From Antedon mediterranea (lineage: Eukaryota > Animalia > Echinodermata): 64,000 nucleotides of DNA. Under the pieces are notes generated by a model. That model worked only from the letters and a program-made list of their open reading frames with translations, searched no databases and had not been told where the DNA came from. Positions 1 to 13,405 of the stretch are shown here, piece by piece. The stretch lies in the NCBI RefSeq assembly GCF_964355755.1, contig NC_092673.1, forward strand, positions 14,108,948 through 14,172,947, written 5' to 3'. Every line of letters begins with the position of its first letter. Within the stretch, counting starts at the first letter, position 1. Both the position numbers and the translations under genes were made by a program.

Positions 1-99
1 GTGATCGCTGATTTATTTAACGTCGAGGAAGAAACTTTCCACGATGCGTGTGTCTGTATGCTGTGTGTGTTGTCATCAACATCTATCTTTCTTATGTTC

Positions 100-445
100 T
101 TTTAATTGATATTAATAAGTGCCCTAGGGCACTCGTTTCTCCAACATATACCATTTCACAATTGGTACATCCTACTTCGTATACAACACTGTAGGAATAG
201 CAATTCGTTTGAATCCATTTCCTTTCGTATCAACGTAAGGTTGGATGGGTTATACGGATTCTCAATTGCGTGCTGCCAACCCTAAATCGAATTGTTGGTA
301 CGCGGCAGCTCATTCTGTACCAACCATGTACATCCATAATTGTATCGGGAATAGTGGTTGGCATCGGCTTCCCCCTTGTAAAATCCCCAACCATGTGGTT
401 CAAAGTACGCAAGGAAATCACCAAGTACATCATCTGGATCTAATG
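100..445 (-). pseudogene. MULE/Mutator transposase C-terminal fragment (decayed)
   Basis: Minus strand reads FLAYFE...W...ELPRTNNSI*GWQ..., then ITHPT after a frameshift. This matches the MULE motif PRTNNxxEGWH...HPT, with the Glu codon mutated to a stop. The left boundary is approximate. Confidence 0.6.
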
Positions 446-450
446 AAATC

Positions 451-1272
451 ATGAGTTCCTCAAGCACCATCAGCGAAATTGAAAGAACAAAAGCAACAAC
501 ATTTCTTGGCATTTTTATTGACGAATACTTATCTTTTAGTTCTCATATTAATACAATTTCATTAAAACTATCAAGAGTGGTCGGTGTCCTCAATAAACTT
601 AAACATGCCTTGCCTTCTTCCGTATTACTATTAATTTATAAATCACTTTTTTTGCCACATTTAATTTATGGTATAACCGTTTGGGGTTTTACTTCAAAAA
701 TTAATTTAAACCGTATTTATATTTTGCAAAAAAGAGTTTTATTAAGATCAGTTTATAATGTACATTACCTCCACCATTCTGCTCCTCTTTTTGTCTTATC
801 TAATACACTTAATATTTACGACTTACTTACAAAAAATGTTGCTTTATTTATGTTTAAATTCAAACATAATCAACTGCCCAGAATTTTTGATACTTATTTT
901 CAAACATTTAGTTCAATTCATAATTATAATACCAGAAATAAATTAGATTATGCTTATGATTGTTTTAATACGGAGGTTGGCAAGCATGATATATCTTTTC
1001 AAGGACCACAAATATGGAATTCTTTACCTGAAGAACTCTTAAGTTAAATTATAACTGCATTTGTTAAGTTAAATGTCTTTTTTGTTCATTATCATATAAT
1101 TATATATATTTCTTACCTTACCTTAATTTTAAATATGTTGCCTGAACCCCACATTTTAAAGCTTAAGCTTCCAGTGGGGTACCCTTTTTCTCATTTATTA
1201 TCTATTATTTCTAGAAAATGTAACTGTATTTTGTTTTTATTTGAGAAATAAAATTGAATTGATTGATTGATT
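451..1272 (+). mobile_element. 5'-truncated L2-group (Crack/Daphne-like) LINE: end of RT ORF2, 3' UTR and (ATTG)n tail
   Basis: ORF 451..1047 has FLGIFIDEYLSF, YKSLFLPHLIYGITVWG, LQKR and HNYNTR...GPQIWNSLP. AATAAA is followed by an ATTG-repeat tail at ~1247-1272. Confidence 0.85.
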
Positions 1273-1587
1273 AAAAAAAGAACAAAAAAAAAACAAACAA
1301 ACATCATTAACTATATCTTGTGGCAGAAACGCAAGTGCTTGGATTTTCCTAAAAACCAGTAAAGTATTTTCTGCATTCTCAGTATATCAATGTTGGAGTC
1401 GTAGCTGTAGCGTAGATTCGATCATGTGTTTCCTGATCTTTATTCCACGAGAGGGTATACACAAGCTGGGCTGTGCATTTTCCATCTACAAAAGTGTGTA
1501 TTATTGATGACCTGGGGCAATGTCGAATGTTTAAATTTAAATTGTGATGATCACACCATTATGCTTCCAGAGTCTGAAGATTCTCAG

Positions 1588-1950
1588 TCAGTCGCATGCA
1601 CTTGTCAAAATAAGATGTCCGCTGAATAGAGCTCCTGGTCTATTGTTTGTTATGCTATCTTTGCTTAGCAGTGGCACGTGAGTGGTACTGAAGAGGATTT
1701 TGCACACTACGTTGCAGGAATTCTGATTTATGACCTTCCACGCTAACAAATTGTTTTCTATTTGATAAGTAACTTCTGTCAATTGATTATTAAATAATTC
1801 GATTTTAGATTGAGGTGGTCTTTAAATGACTCCAACTGAAATACATTTGCCATCAGTTACGATATCTATAAATAAGGATTCAGCTTCAGTTTATTATTTT
1901 TAAAAGGGGTTCTGTAGTTCCAAGTGTTTTCCTCTCTGAGAATTTTGCAT
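1588..1950 (-). pseudogene. CR1/L2-type LINE apurinic endonuclease fragment
   Basis: Minus strand reads AESLFIDIVTDGKCISVGVI*RPP (APE motif GVIYRPP), followed by a decayed D..TNN...SG..L..ACD segment. Confidence 0.6.
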
Positions 1951-2654
1951 AAAGTTCTAAAACAATGTGATCAATAAATGGGATTGCAGTGTTCACAGAT
2001 AATACTGCAAAGGGCCATTTGAATCTGCGTTATCACGTTGAGTTTCTTAGCTACCCTTGGTGTTTTTGTTCAGTACCTTCTAATTCCTCTGTACTCCAAC
2101 TCTACTTCTTTGATCATTGATACAATTACCTTTCTCAGCAAGGTACCTACAAGGTGAAAACCTTCGTTATTATGCATACCATGAGTGATTGTTCCTGTCT
2201 TACAATATATACATGCCTGAAAGTAAGTGCTGATATGCCTTGTGTCGCTCTGCCCACCTTGTCTTACACAGGTCATGATAGGGGATTGTAGGTTGTAATA
2301 ATGTTAGTAAGAAGGGCATCATGCTTGTTTTAGGAGCAAAAGACAAAGTAGCAATGACACAATTATTCGGAGATGAAGATGCGATTTAAAGACATCCATA
2401 CAAATATTACAAGAAGAAGCATTTAATTCAATCTTTAATTTTGTTAGGGGTGGTGTTTTTCTCATGCAGGAGAAAAGGGTGCTATTGGGTATTTAAGCCG
2501 TAGAGAGTAAGTACGGGAAAAAATATATTCCAAAAAGAGTGTATAGTCCAGTAGCATAGTCATGTCGTCATGTCGTCGTGTCATGGAAACCAAGATTCAA
2601 TAGGGTCAACTATTAATATGATAGTTGAATGTTTTGCAATTTGTTTAAAAGAGC

Positions 2655-5600
2655 TAATTCCATTTATTCATGTTAAGAAAAATTATAAAATACATCTTTG
2701 TTTACATTGCCTAAATGGCCCGATAACATCTGTGGGGACTGTTATTACTGTATTTCAGTAATGTTTTTTCTTTAATTCTCTACCTTCTTGCATGTAGACA
2801 AGGACTTAATAAAAGTTGGGGTGTGCATCATAAAAAAAATGAATAATAATAAAATAAAAGAAAAAAAAAGTTTACTAATATGGTGAATACCTTACTGGTG
2901 GCCGACTTATTCTTCTCGATTGAGTTCTGCACACTGCAGCTGCTACAGCAGGCACGGCCGCCACATCCGGCACCGCCACGTCAGGAGGCACCATTACCGG
3001 CACTGCTGGAGCAACAGGCACGGCCGCTGCCACAGCTGTAAGCCCACCATCATCGAATTTTGGACTTGGAATGCTCAGCATATCAAAATGCCCACCTGCC
3101 ATGCACATCTGATGCCAATTCGCTGCTGCCCTCCATGTTTCTGTCTCTGCATTGTAAGGTGGACAATTAGGAGGTGGGCGAAACACACATTCAGACGATG
3201 AACAAGAAGGTGAAAATGGTGGAGTGGTGCATTGTCGTGGACATCTTCGCTGAGGCGGTGTATGATGTTGTGGCGGTGAATGCTGTTTTCTTGGTGGGAA
3301 TTGTTGTAGTCTGCGTAATCTAATGAAGCGTTCACGTTGTCATTGTTATCTCGTGCGTCTTAACTGTATTCTGTCTGATCGTTTTGTGGTCTGGGTGGTG
3401 AATGATGTCGTGGTGGTATTGACACACGTAGCGGGGAGCGATGACAACCTCTTGCAGTTCGGCCATAAGGATGAAACCGGCGACATTCCCGTTGTCGAAA
3501 TACTACCTACTCATCTATCCGGACAACTCTACCGTAGGGACGGTAAAAACCGCCCCTGATGAAGGTAAACGCCTTGTTTAGCAATCTGTTAAAAATAGAA
3601 ACAAAATATAATAATAAATGAGTGAAACAAATTAAACTTTAATCAATATGGTCCGTTTTTATATGAAATTGGTCCAGATTCTATTAATGTGTGTCACATA
3701 TCAATATCCTATCAAATTCAAAGTGGGAGAAACAGTCTCTGTAAATTTTTCAAAAACACATTTTCTTAAATATTGAATATATTTGGCACTTTTATACAAA
3801 TCAGAAATAATAAATGTACTTAAAGTTTCAACCCAATTTTGTTGAAAAATAATCGAAAACACAAGGTTTTAATTCCATTTATTCATAAGAAAAATTATAA
3901 AATACATCTGTGTTTACATTGCCTAAATGGCCCGATAACATCTGTGGGGACTGTTATTACTGTATTTCAGTAATGTTTTTTTCTTTAATTATCTACCTTC
4001 TTGCATGTAGACAAGGACTTAATAAAAGTTGGGGTGTGCATCATAAAAAAAATGAATAATAATAAAATAAAAGAAAAAAAAGTTACTAATATGGTGAATA
4101 CCTTACTGGTGGCCGACTTATTCTTCTCGATTGAGTTCTGTACACTGCAGCTGCTACAGCAGGCACGGCCGCCACATCCGGCACCGCCACGTCGGGCACC
4201 ATTACCGGCACTGCTGGAGCAACAGACACGGCCGCTGCCACAGCTGCAAGCCCACCATCATCGGATTTGGACTTTGAATGCTCAGCATATCAAAATGCCC
4301 ACCTGCCATGCACATCTGATGCCAATTCTCTGCTGCCCTCCATGTTTCTGTCTCTGCATTGTAAGGTGGACAATTAGGAGGTGGGAGAAACACACATTCA
4401 GACGATGAACAAGAAGGTGAAAATGGTGGAGTGGTGCATTGTCGTGGACATCTTCGCTGAGGCGGTGTATGATGTTGTGGCGGTGAATGCTGTTGTCTTG
4501 GTGGGGATTGTTGTAGTCTGCGTAATCTAATGAAGCGTTCACGTTGTCATTGTTATCTCGTGCGTCTTAACTGTATTCTGTCTGATCGTTTTGTGGTCTG
4601 GGTGGTGAATGATGTCGTGGTGGTATTGACACACGTAGCGGGGAGCGATGACAACCTCTTGCAGTTCGGCCATAAGGATGAAGCCGGCGACATTCCCGTT
4701 GTCGAAATACTACCTCCTCATCTATCCGGACAACTCTACCGTAGGGACGCTAAATACCGCCCCTGATGAAGGTAAACGCCTCGTTTAGCAATCTGTTAAA
4801 AATAGAAACAAAATATAATAATAAATGAGTGAAACAAATTAAACTTTAATCAATATGGTCCGTTTTTATATAAAATTGGTCCAGATTCTATTAATGTGTG
4901 TCACATATCAATATCCTATCAAATTCAAAGTAGGAGAAACAGTCTCTGTAAATTTTTCAAAAACACATTTTCTTAAATATTGAATATATTTGGCACTTTT
5001 ATACAAATCAGAAATAATAAATGTACTTAAAGTTTCAAATTCCAAATCACCTTATTATCCTAATAACCCAATTTTGTTGAAAAATAATCGAAAACACAAG
5101 GTTTTAATTCCATTTATTCATGGTAAGAAAAATTATAAAATACATCTGTGTTTACATTGCCTAAATGGCCCGATAACATCTGTGGGGACTGTTATTACTG
5201 TATTTCAGTAATGTTTTTTTCTTTAATTATCTACCTTCTTGCATGTAGACAAGGACTTAATAAAAGTTGGGGTGTGCATCATAAAAAAAATGAATAATAA
5301 TAAAATAAAAGAAAAAAAAAGTTTACTAATATGGTGAATACCTTACTGGTGGCCGACTTATTCTTCTCGATTGAGTTCTGTACACTGCAGCTGCTACAGC
5401 AGGCACGGCCGCCACATCCGGCACCGCCACGTCAGGCACCATTACCGGCACTGCTGGAGCAACAGGCACGGCCGCTGCCACAGCTGCAAGCCCACCATCA
5501 TCGGATTTGGACTTTGAATGCTCAGCATATCAAAATGCCCACCTGCCATGCACATCTGATGCCAATTCTCTGCTGCCCTCCATGTTTCTGTCTCTGCATT

Positions 5601-8600
5601 GTAAGGTGGACAATTAGGAGGTGGGAGAAACACACATTCAGACGATGAACAAGAAGGTGAAAATGGTGGAGTGGTGCATTGTCGTGGACATCTTCGCTGA
5701 GGCGGTGTATGATGTTGTGGCGGTGAATGCTGTTGTCTTTGTGGGGATTGTTGTAGTCTGCGTAATCTAATGAAGCGTTCACGTTGTCATTGTTATCTCG
5801 TGCGTCTTAACTGTATTCTGTCTGATCGTTTTGTGGTCTGGGTGGTGAATGATGTCTTGGTGGTATTGACACACGTAGCGGGGAGCGATGACAACCTCTT
5901 GCAGTTCGGCCATAAGGATGAAACCGGCGACATTCCCGTTGTCGAAATACTACCTCCTCATCTATCCGGAAAACTCTACCGTAGGGACGGTAAATACCGC
6001 CCCATATGAAGGTAAACGCCTCGTTTAGCAATCTGTTAAAAATAGAAACAAAATATAATAATAAATGAGTGAAACAAATTAAACTTTAATCAATATGGTC
6101 CGTTTTTATATGAAATTGGTCCAGATTCTATTAATGTGTGTCACATATCAATATCCTATCAAATTCAAAGTGGGAGAAACAGTCTCTGTAAATTTTTCAA
6201 AAACACATTTTCTTAAATATTGAATATATTTGGCACTTTTATACAAATCAGAAATAATAAATGTACTTAAAGTTTCAAATTCCAAATCACCTTATTATCC
6301 TAATAACCCAATTTTGTTGAAAAATAATCGAAAACACAAGGTTTTAATTCCATTTATTCATGGTAAGAAAAATTATAAAATACATCTGTGTTTACATTGC
6401 CTAAATGGCCCGATAACATCTGTGGGGACTGTTATTACTGTATTTCAGTAATGTTTTTTTCTTTAATTATCTACCTTCTTGCATGTAGACAAGGACTTAA
6501 TAAAAGTTGGGGTGTGCATCATAAAAAAAATGAATAATAATAAAATAAAAGAAAAAAAAAGTTTACTAATATGGTGAATACCTTACTGGTGGCTGACTTA
6601 TTCTTCTCGATTGAGTTCTGTACACTGCAGCTGCTACAGCAGGCACGGCCGCCACATCCGGCACCATTACCGGCACTGCTGAAGCAACAGGCACGGCCGC
6701 TCCCACAGCTGCAAGCCCACCATCATCGGATTTGGACTTTGAATGCTCAGCATATCAAAATGCCCACCTGCCATGCACATCTGATGCCAATTCTCTGCTG
6801 CCCTCCATGTTTCTGTCTCTGCATTGTAAGGTGGACAATTAGGAGGTGGGAGAAACACACATTCAGACGATGAACAAGAAGGTGAAAATGGTGGAGTGGT
6901 GCATTGTCGTGGACATCTTCGCTGAGGCGGTGTATGATGTTGTGGCGGTGAATGCTGTTGTCTTGGTAGGGATTGTTGTAGTCTGCGTAATCTAATGAAG
7001 CGTTCACGTTGTCATTGTTATCTCATGCGTCTTAACTGTATTCTGTCTGATCGTTTTGTGGTCTGGGTGGTGAATGATGTCTTGGTGGTATTGACACACG
7101 TAGCGGGGAGCGATGACAACCTCTTGCAGTTCGGCCATAAGGATGAAACCGGTGACATTCCCGTTGTCGAAATACTACCTCCTCATCTATCCGGAAAACT
7201 CTACCGTAGGGACGGTAAATACCGCCCCTGATGAAGGTAAACGCCTCGTTTAGCAATCTGTTAAAAATAGAAACAAAATATAATAATAAATGAGTGAAAC
7301 AAATTAAACTTTAATCAATATGGTCCGTTTTTATATGAAATTGGTCCAGATTCTATTAATGTGTGTCACAAATCAATATCCTACCAAATTCAAAGTGGGA
7401 GAAACAGTCTCTGTAAATTTTTCAAAAACACATTTTCTTAAATATTGAATATATTTGGCACTTTTATACAAATCAGAAATAATAAATGTACTTAAAGTTT
7501 CAACCCAATTTTGTTGAAAAATAATCGAAAACACAAGGTTTTAATTCCATTTATTCATAAGAAAAATTATAAAATACATCTGTGTTTACATTGCCTAAAT
7601 GGCCCGATAACATCTGTGGGGACTGTTATTACTGTATTTCAGTAATGTTTTTTTCTTTAATTCTCTACCTTCTTGCATGTAGACAAGGACTTAATAAAAG
7701 TTGGGGTGTGCATCATAAAAAAAATGAATAATAATAAAATAAAAGAAAAAAAAGTTTACTAATATGGTGAATACCTTACTGGTGGCCGACTTATTCTTCT
7801 CGATTGAGTTCTGTACACTGCAGCTGCTACAGCAGGCATGGCCGCCACATCCGGCACCGCCACGTCGAGCACCATTACCGGCACTGCTGGAGCAACAGGC
7901 ATGGCCGCTGCCACAGCTGCAAGCCCACCATCATCGGATTTGGACTTTGAATGCTCAGCATATCAAAATGCCCACCTGCCATGCACATCTGATGCCAATT
8001 CTCTGCTGCCCTCCATGTTTCTGTCTCTGCATTGTAAGGTGGACAATTAGGAGGTGGGAGAAACACACATTCAGACGATGAACAAGAAGGTGAAAATGGT
8101 GGAGTGGTGCATTGTCGTGGACATCTTCGCTGAGGCGGTGTATGATGTTGTGGCGGTGAATGCTGTTGTCTTGGTGGGGATTGTTGTAGTCTGCGTAATC
8201 TAATGAAGCGTTCACGTTGTCATTGTTATCTCGTGCGTCTTAACTGTATTCTGTCTGATCGTTTTGTGGTCTGGGTGGTGAATGATGTCGTGGTGGTATT
8301 GACACACGTAGCGGGGAGCGATGACAACCTCTTGCAGTTCGGCCATAAGGATGAAACCGGCGACATTCCCGTTGTCGAAATACTACCTCCTCATCTATCC
8401 GGAAAACTCTACCGTAGGGACGGTAAATACCGCCCCTGATGAAGGTAAACGCCTCGTTTAGCAATCTGATAAAAATAGAAACAAAATATAATAATAAATG
8501 AGTGAAACAAATTAAACTTTAATCAATATGGTCCGTTTTTATATGAAATTGGTCCAGATTCTATTAATGTGTGTCACATATCAATATCCTATCAAATTCA

Positions 8601-9079
8601 AAGTGGGAGAAACAGTCTCTGTAAATTTTTCAAAAACACATTTTCTTAAATATTGAATATATTTGGCACTTTTATACAAATCAGAAATAATAAATGTACT
8701 TAAAGTTTCAAATTCCAAATCACCTTATTATCCTAATAACCCAATTTTGTTGAAAAATAATCGAAAACACAAGGTTTTAATTCCATTTATTCATGATAAG
8801 AAAAATTATAAAATACATCTGTGTTTACATTGCCTAAATGGCCCGATAACATCTGTGGGGACTGTTATTACTGTATTTCAGTAATGTTTTTTTCTTTAAT
8901 TATCTACCTTCTTGCATGTAGACAAGGACTTAATAAAAGTTGGGGTGTGCATCATAAAAAAAATGAAAAAATGAATAATAATAAAATAAAGGAAAAAAAA
9001 AGTTTACTATTTATGGTGAATACCTTACTGGTGGCCGACTTATTCTTCTCGATTGAGTTCTGTACACTGCAGCTGCTAC
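2655..9079. repeat. Tandem array of a ~1.2-kb unit, 5 full copies plus ~0.25 copy
   Basis: Unit starts (TAATTCCATTTATTCAT) at 2655, 3870, 5105, 6345, 7542 and 8778, giving periods of 1215, 1235, 1240, 1197 and 1236 bp. Near-identical ORF sets recur in every copy. Confidence 0.97.
2875..3585 (-). pseudogene. Terminal exon encoding an Arg/Pro/Ala-rich protein tail (first array copy; repeated in every full unit)
   Basis: Acceptor tttttaacag|attg at ~3586. The GC-rich block reads LLN.AFTFIRGG..RPYGR...HSPPR...SPPQHHTPPQRR...PPNCPPY...RRISRPPVRYSPY*, with frameshifts and stops. AATAAA lies ~210 nt downstream of the stop. Confidence 0.5.
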
Positions 9080-9756
9080 GTCTGGGTGTTCTTTGTTTGG
9101 TTTTTAATTTTTTTTTTCTTTTCTATTCGTTTTTCTTCTCTGACTCTCTTTCTTCTTTTGCTTCTTCTTCTTCCCTGTTCTTTTCTTCTTTCTCTCTGAG
9201 CATTTCTCGAAATATCGTTCCAGGACGTGTGGTCGTGATAAACGGTGGAGGGCAGTGGCTTGTCGGTGTCAACGGCGGAAGGATTGAATGGAAATAGACC
9301 ACATTTCCGAAATTGCATTTTTCGATTTTGCGCCCTCTTTCCATGCCTCCGCAAACACCGCAGAGAAGGCTTGCTTGGTGATACTTGACCAGGATGGTGT
9401 ACTCGCGACAACAGACGACGAGGGTCAGTGAAGACCTCCTCAACCATGTAGTCGGAACACTCCCTAAACCACCTCTTGATTTTATTGACCGTCACATCAC
9501 CACGTTCCGTTCCTAGTGCCTCAGGTAGGCGCATCGATAGTTCTGGATGACGACATAAAAAATTACGCGTCCATTGACGACCAGGCAAATTATCAACGAG
9601 AGGGTTTGGTCTGCCATCAGCATCCAGAAACTTCTTGGCTACTCTCTTTATTTCCGTTATTGTCCTTCCATAGCCAATCTTCGCCATCCCTATTGCCAAT
9701 CCCACTAAACAATGTTTTCTTCGTAATGTTATATCTGTATAAAATAAACGGTACAC
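9080..9756 (-). pseudogene. pogo/Tigger-family transposase, internally deleted (CENP-B-type HTH plus C-terminal part, DDE core lost)
   Basis: MAKIGYGRT...KFLDADGRPNP..DNLPGRQW.RNFL.RHPELS.R.PE.L (HTH_Tnp_Tc5-like) and WF...F.DPRR are joined to FRKCGLFPFNPSAVD and a basic tail. Confidence 0.85.
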
Positions 9757-10516
9757 GTACTGTTATAGGTCAATATTTCAAATATAAATACTGTTGAAAT
9801 TACTTAAGATGGATGGACTGTGGATAAACTTTGCATTTAATGATTATTTGAATAATGTTTATTACAATAATGTATATTAAGAAAAATCAAATTTTGTACC
9901 TATCTTGACTTGCAAAATATCGTTTTTTTAATTTAAAGTTTCACGGTAAACTGCTCGGACCTACGTTACGATCGAAGCAGCGAAGTAATTTTACAGTTCA
10001 GTGAGCAAAAACACGATTTTGTGCCATAACGGATTTCTACAATCCGCATTATTTATAGAATTTTCCTAAAAAAAAGCTATCATTAGAATTAAAAATATTA
10101 TTTGAAAAAACAGATGTGGTTGTAAGATTTGTTTAATTATTGAGAAAGCATACAGTTTGATAATGTCAGCCATAATGTACATTATGGTAAATATTTTAGA
10201 GATAGAAAAAGATCAATAAAATAGATCGACAATATGCAAATCCTTGTTTATTCTATAAATTTATAATTTGCTATCATTTTTATAATTATAGAAAAAAAGT
10301 TTTGTTCGGATTATGAGCTTCTTATTTAAACTAGGTTTAATGTGCAGAAACTGCTTTATTTAATAAAAAAATAAATGGTATGGGCCAAAAAAATCTTTAT
10401 AATGTCCATTTTTTTCGCGAAGTACACACAAAGCAAAGAAAACAAATTTTAATAACTGCAGAATATTTTTAATTTTAATCATTCATTGTTTTAATACAAC
10501 TTTACTATAAAGTTCA

Positions 10517-11127
10517 TCTACATGGTCATAAACATTATGACTACAGTATATGGTTGAGCTATTGTTATAAAAACTACATGGTCATAAACTTGACTACAGT
10601 ATTTGGTTGAGCTACTGTTATAAAAACTACACGGTCATAAACTTTATGACTACAGTATATGGTTGAGCTATTGTTATATAAACTACATGGTCATAAACAT
10701 TATGACTACAGTATATGGTTGAGCTATTGTTATATAAACTACATGGTCATAAACTTTATGACTACAGTATATGGTTGAGCTATTGTTTTATAAACTACAT
10801 GGTCATAAACTTTATGACTACAGTATATGGTTGAGCTATTGTTATACAAACTACATGGTCATAAACATTATGACTACAGTATATGGTTGAGCTATTGTTA
10901 TATAAACTACATGGTCATAAACTTTATGACTACAGTATATGGTTGAGCTATTGTTATATAAACTACATGGTCATAAACTTTATGACTACAGTATATTGTT
11001 GAGCTACTGTTATACAAACTAGATGGTCATAAACTTTATGACTACAGTATATGGTTGAGCTATTGTTATATAAACTACATGGTCATAAACTTGACTACAG
11101 TATATGGTTGAGCTACTGTTATATACA
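10517..11127. repeat. 56-bp minisatellite, ~11 copies, each normally containing the palindrome GTCATAA-N3-TTATGAC
   Basis: Consensus AACTACATGGTCATAAACTTTATGACTACAGTATATGGTTGAGCTATTGTTATATA, with starts at 10681, 10737, 10793 etc. Two copies (2nd and last) carry a 3-bp deletion in the palindrome. Confidence 0.97.
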
Positions 11128-11237
11128 ATTATGAAATTGGTTGAAAATTAAATAATTTTTTTAGATTCATTATACATGTAAAATTCCATTAATGTGCACC
11201 CTATTGTGACAACCAGTGAGTTGTAAAACTCCCTGCA

Positions 11238-13405
11238 TTAACTTTCATTTAAAAAGTCATCTCTTAATTCTTTTAATTTAACAATAACATTGGTAGGCAA
11301 TCTACTAGTTGGTGTTAAATTAAATATACTTATCACCTCCTCCTTCGATATTATTTCTTGCCATTCTTGTCCATCTTTTTCACACAGAACAAACCGGGAA
11401 GTATACGTTCCAGTGTACCACACTACTTCTACCTCATTGTTATTTATGCTGAATATTTTGCCTATCTGAGGCCATTCTGTGGGATATCTCCTTAAAGCTG
11501 TTGCTACCATAGCACCAACATCGAGTTGCTGTGGTGGCTTACGCTTCGAAAATTTACCAATGTGTACCTAGTAGTGTGGGAGAAAGCATAGAAAAGTCAT
11601 AATCATTTTTCTTACAACCCTAAAAATATAGAATTTTCGTTGATGCATTTGCTTGATGCGATTATGAGATCATATCCCAAATATAAGCACTGCTTTAAAC
11701 TATGTTGCATTACATGTTTCAAAGATGTAATTTAGAAAATCTATAATATCTTTATCATACCGGTCTTATTTCATTTTCATTATCCGAGTCACTAATGTCT
11801 GTCTCGTTTCCATCAGATTCCTCCCTCATAGGGCTTGCATTGTTGTCATTAAAAATGATGTCATGGAGCAAAAATCTCTGTTCATTTCCTAAAAAAAAAA
11901 GAGTACGTATTAGTTTTAAAAAGTAAATAATATACATTCATACAAAATATTAGATATATTTATGCTGAGGTGTTTGTTGCATAAAAGCTGGGCCAATACA
12001 TTGCGCACCATGCTAATCAGATGCTGATTGATTGATTTTATCTTATGAATTAATCAGGAGGCATGTTTCTCCAGTGTACTTCACTAGATATCGTTCATGT
12101 TATTTGATAATTTTAGGTTCTCACATAAAATGATCAGTGGAAGCATGCATTGGTGAATGTGACCCAACATAGTTGTGTGGAGTAAATAGTTGAATTTTGT
12201 TATAGCTGCTGAATCTATACTAAAATCAAAATTCTCTTGTTAACCAAAAAATATATGTGTAAAATGGTGAAACATCACACATGCAATGTAGTACAGTACA
12301 TACCTTCTGTGATCTCTTCTATATTATTTAAAAATTCCTCCCACCAGTCACGTTCTTCTATTCGCAAAAAATTTGCAACAGACGCCAGACTTTTTTTAAA
12401 ACTTTGGTATATCTGCATTACTAAAATCAGGAGTACACAACACTGGTATATCAGCAGGGCTTTCCTTGAGCAAATATGGAAGTGTGTCCATTTCTCTTGC
12501 ACATTCACACCAAGTACAATCCGTTGACCAGTTCTTATAGGACATGATGCATTTTCCGGTTTGAGCCAAAACAAACTTAAACTGGTGTGGTTTGCTGTGG
12601 TAACGTATGTCTTGCATGTATGGTACTAACCAGTTCTTAATGTCATGCAGATAGGAAATGATACTTGATGTAATCGGCAACTTTTTGTACGAGTTTTCAA
12701 CAGCACTTCGAAGATGATCAAGTGTAGATGCTCTATATTTGTTCAGGTATTTGGCCACACATGAAAATAATTGGTCAATATCCTCGTGAGTGTGACCCAC
12801 CATTAAAAACCCAATCTTTATCTGAAAGAGTAAAAGAAGTAATGATTTAAAATTAAAACTTTTCAAAGCAAAATAAAAAAAACACATTTTTAGTATATTT
12901 CCATTTTTTCCTCATCTAGTTAGACTAGAATGTTATTGAATATTTTATGTCTTAATAGATAATTACCAATAGTAAATTAATTACTGTCCTATTAGGCTGG
13001 TGGAAATCACCCAACACAGGGGATATTTTGTGGTGAACGAGAACAGGGTAAATGAATGATGAACTGGGTTCTTTAAAGTGCACTGTGTATACTGTTTTAT
13101 TATTTATATATCATTTATAAATGTATAGTCATTTACCTTTCGAAAAATCTTTAACTCTACAAGAAGAGCACATAGGGCAAAAACAAATCTGTTTTTATTA
13201 TCCTTTCCGCTATTGTCCAACTGCAGATATAAGACTGGTGGTAGAGGTTGTATCTCTGACAGCACCGTCAGTATAATGTTGCAGGTTAGGTTTGAGTCAT
13301 GTGGAAACTGCTTTAGGTCAATGAAGCAGTGCCCATGTCGCCCATGTACCAGAACACCAGTTACATGTGTGGCTAGTTTCCACATCTTCGACGTTTCTTT
13401 TGATT
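11238..13405 (-). pseudogene. Sola-like (DUF7869-type) DDE transposase, spliced, 5'-truncated
   Basis: Exons ~13405-13137, 12821-12304, 11888-11761 and 11567-11238 have GT-AG borders. Motifs: THVTGVLVHG, HDSNLT, LYLQLDNSGKDNKN, FLMVGHTHEDIDQLFS, PHQFKF. One frameshift lies in an A-run near 12396. Confidence 0.8.

Noticed and set aside
2920-8884. Repeated plus-strand ORFs (MKRSRCHC..., MVNTLLVAD..., MALLYKSE...) as a gene family
   Set aside because: They are antisense shadows or chance ORFs in the repeat unit; splice and poly(A) signals point to the minus strand.
10517-11127. CRISPR array (palindromic repeat with regular period)
   Set aside because: The sequence between palindromes is near-identical rather than unique spacers, there are no cas genes, and the context is eukaryotic.
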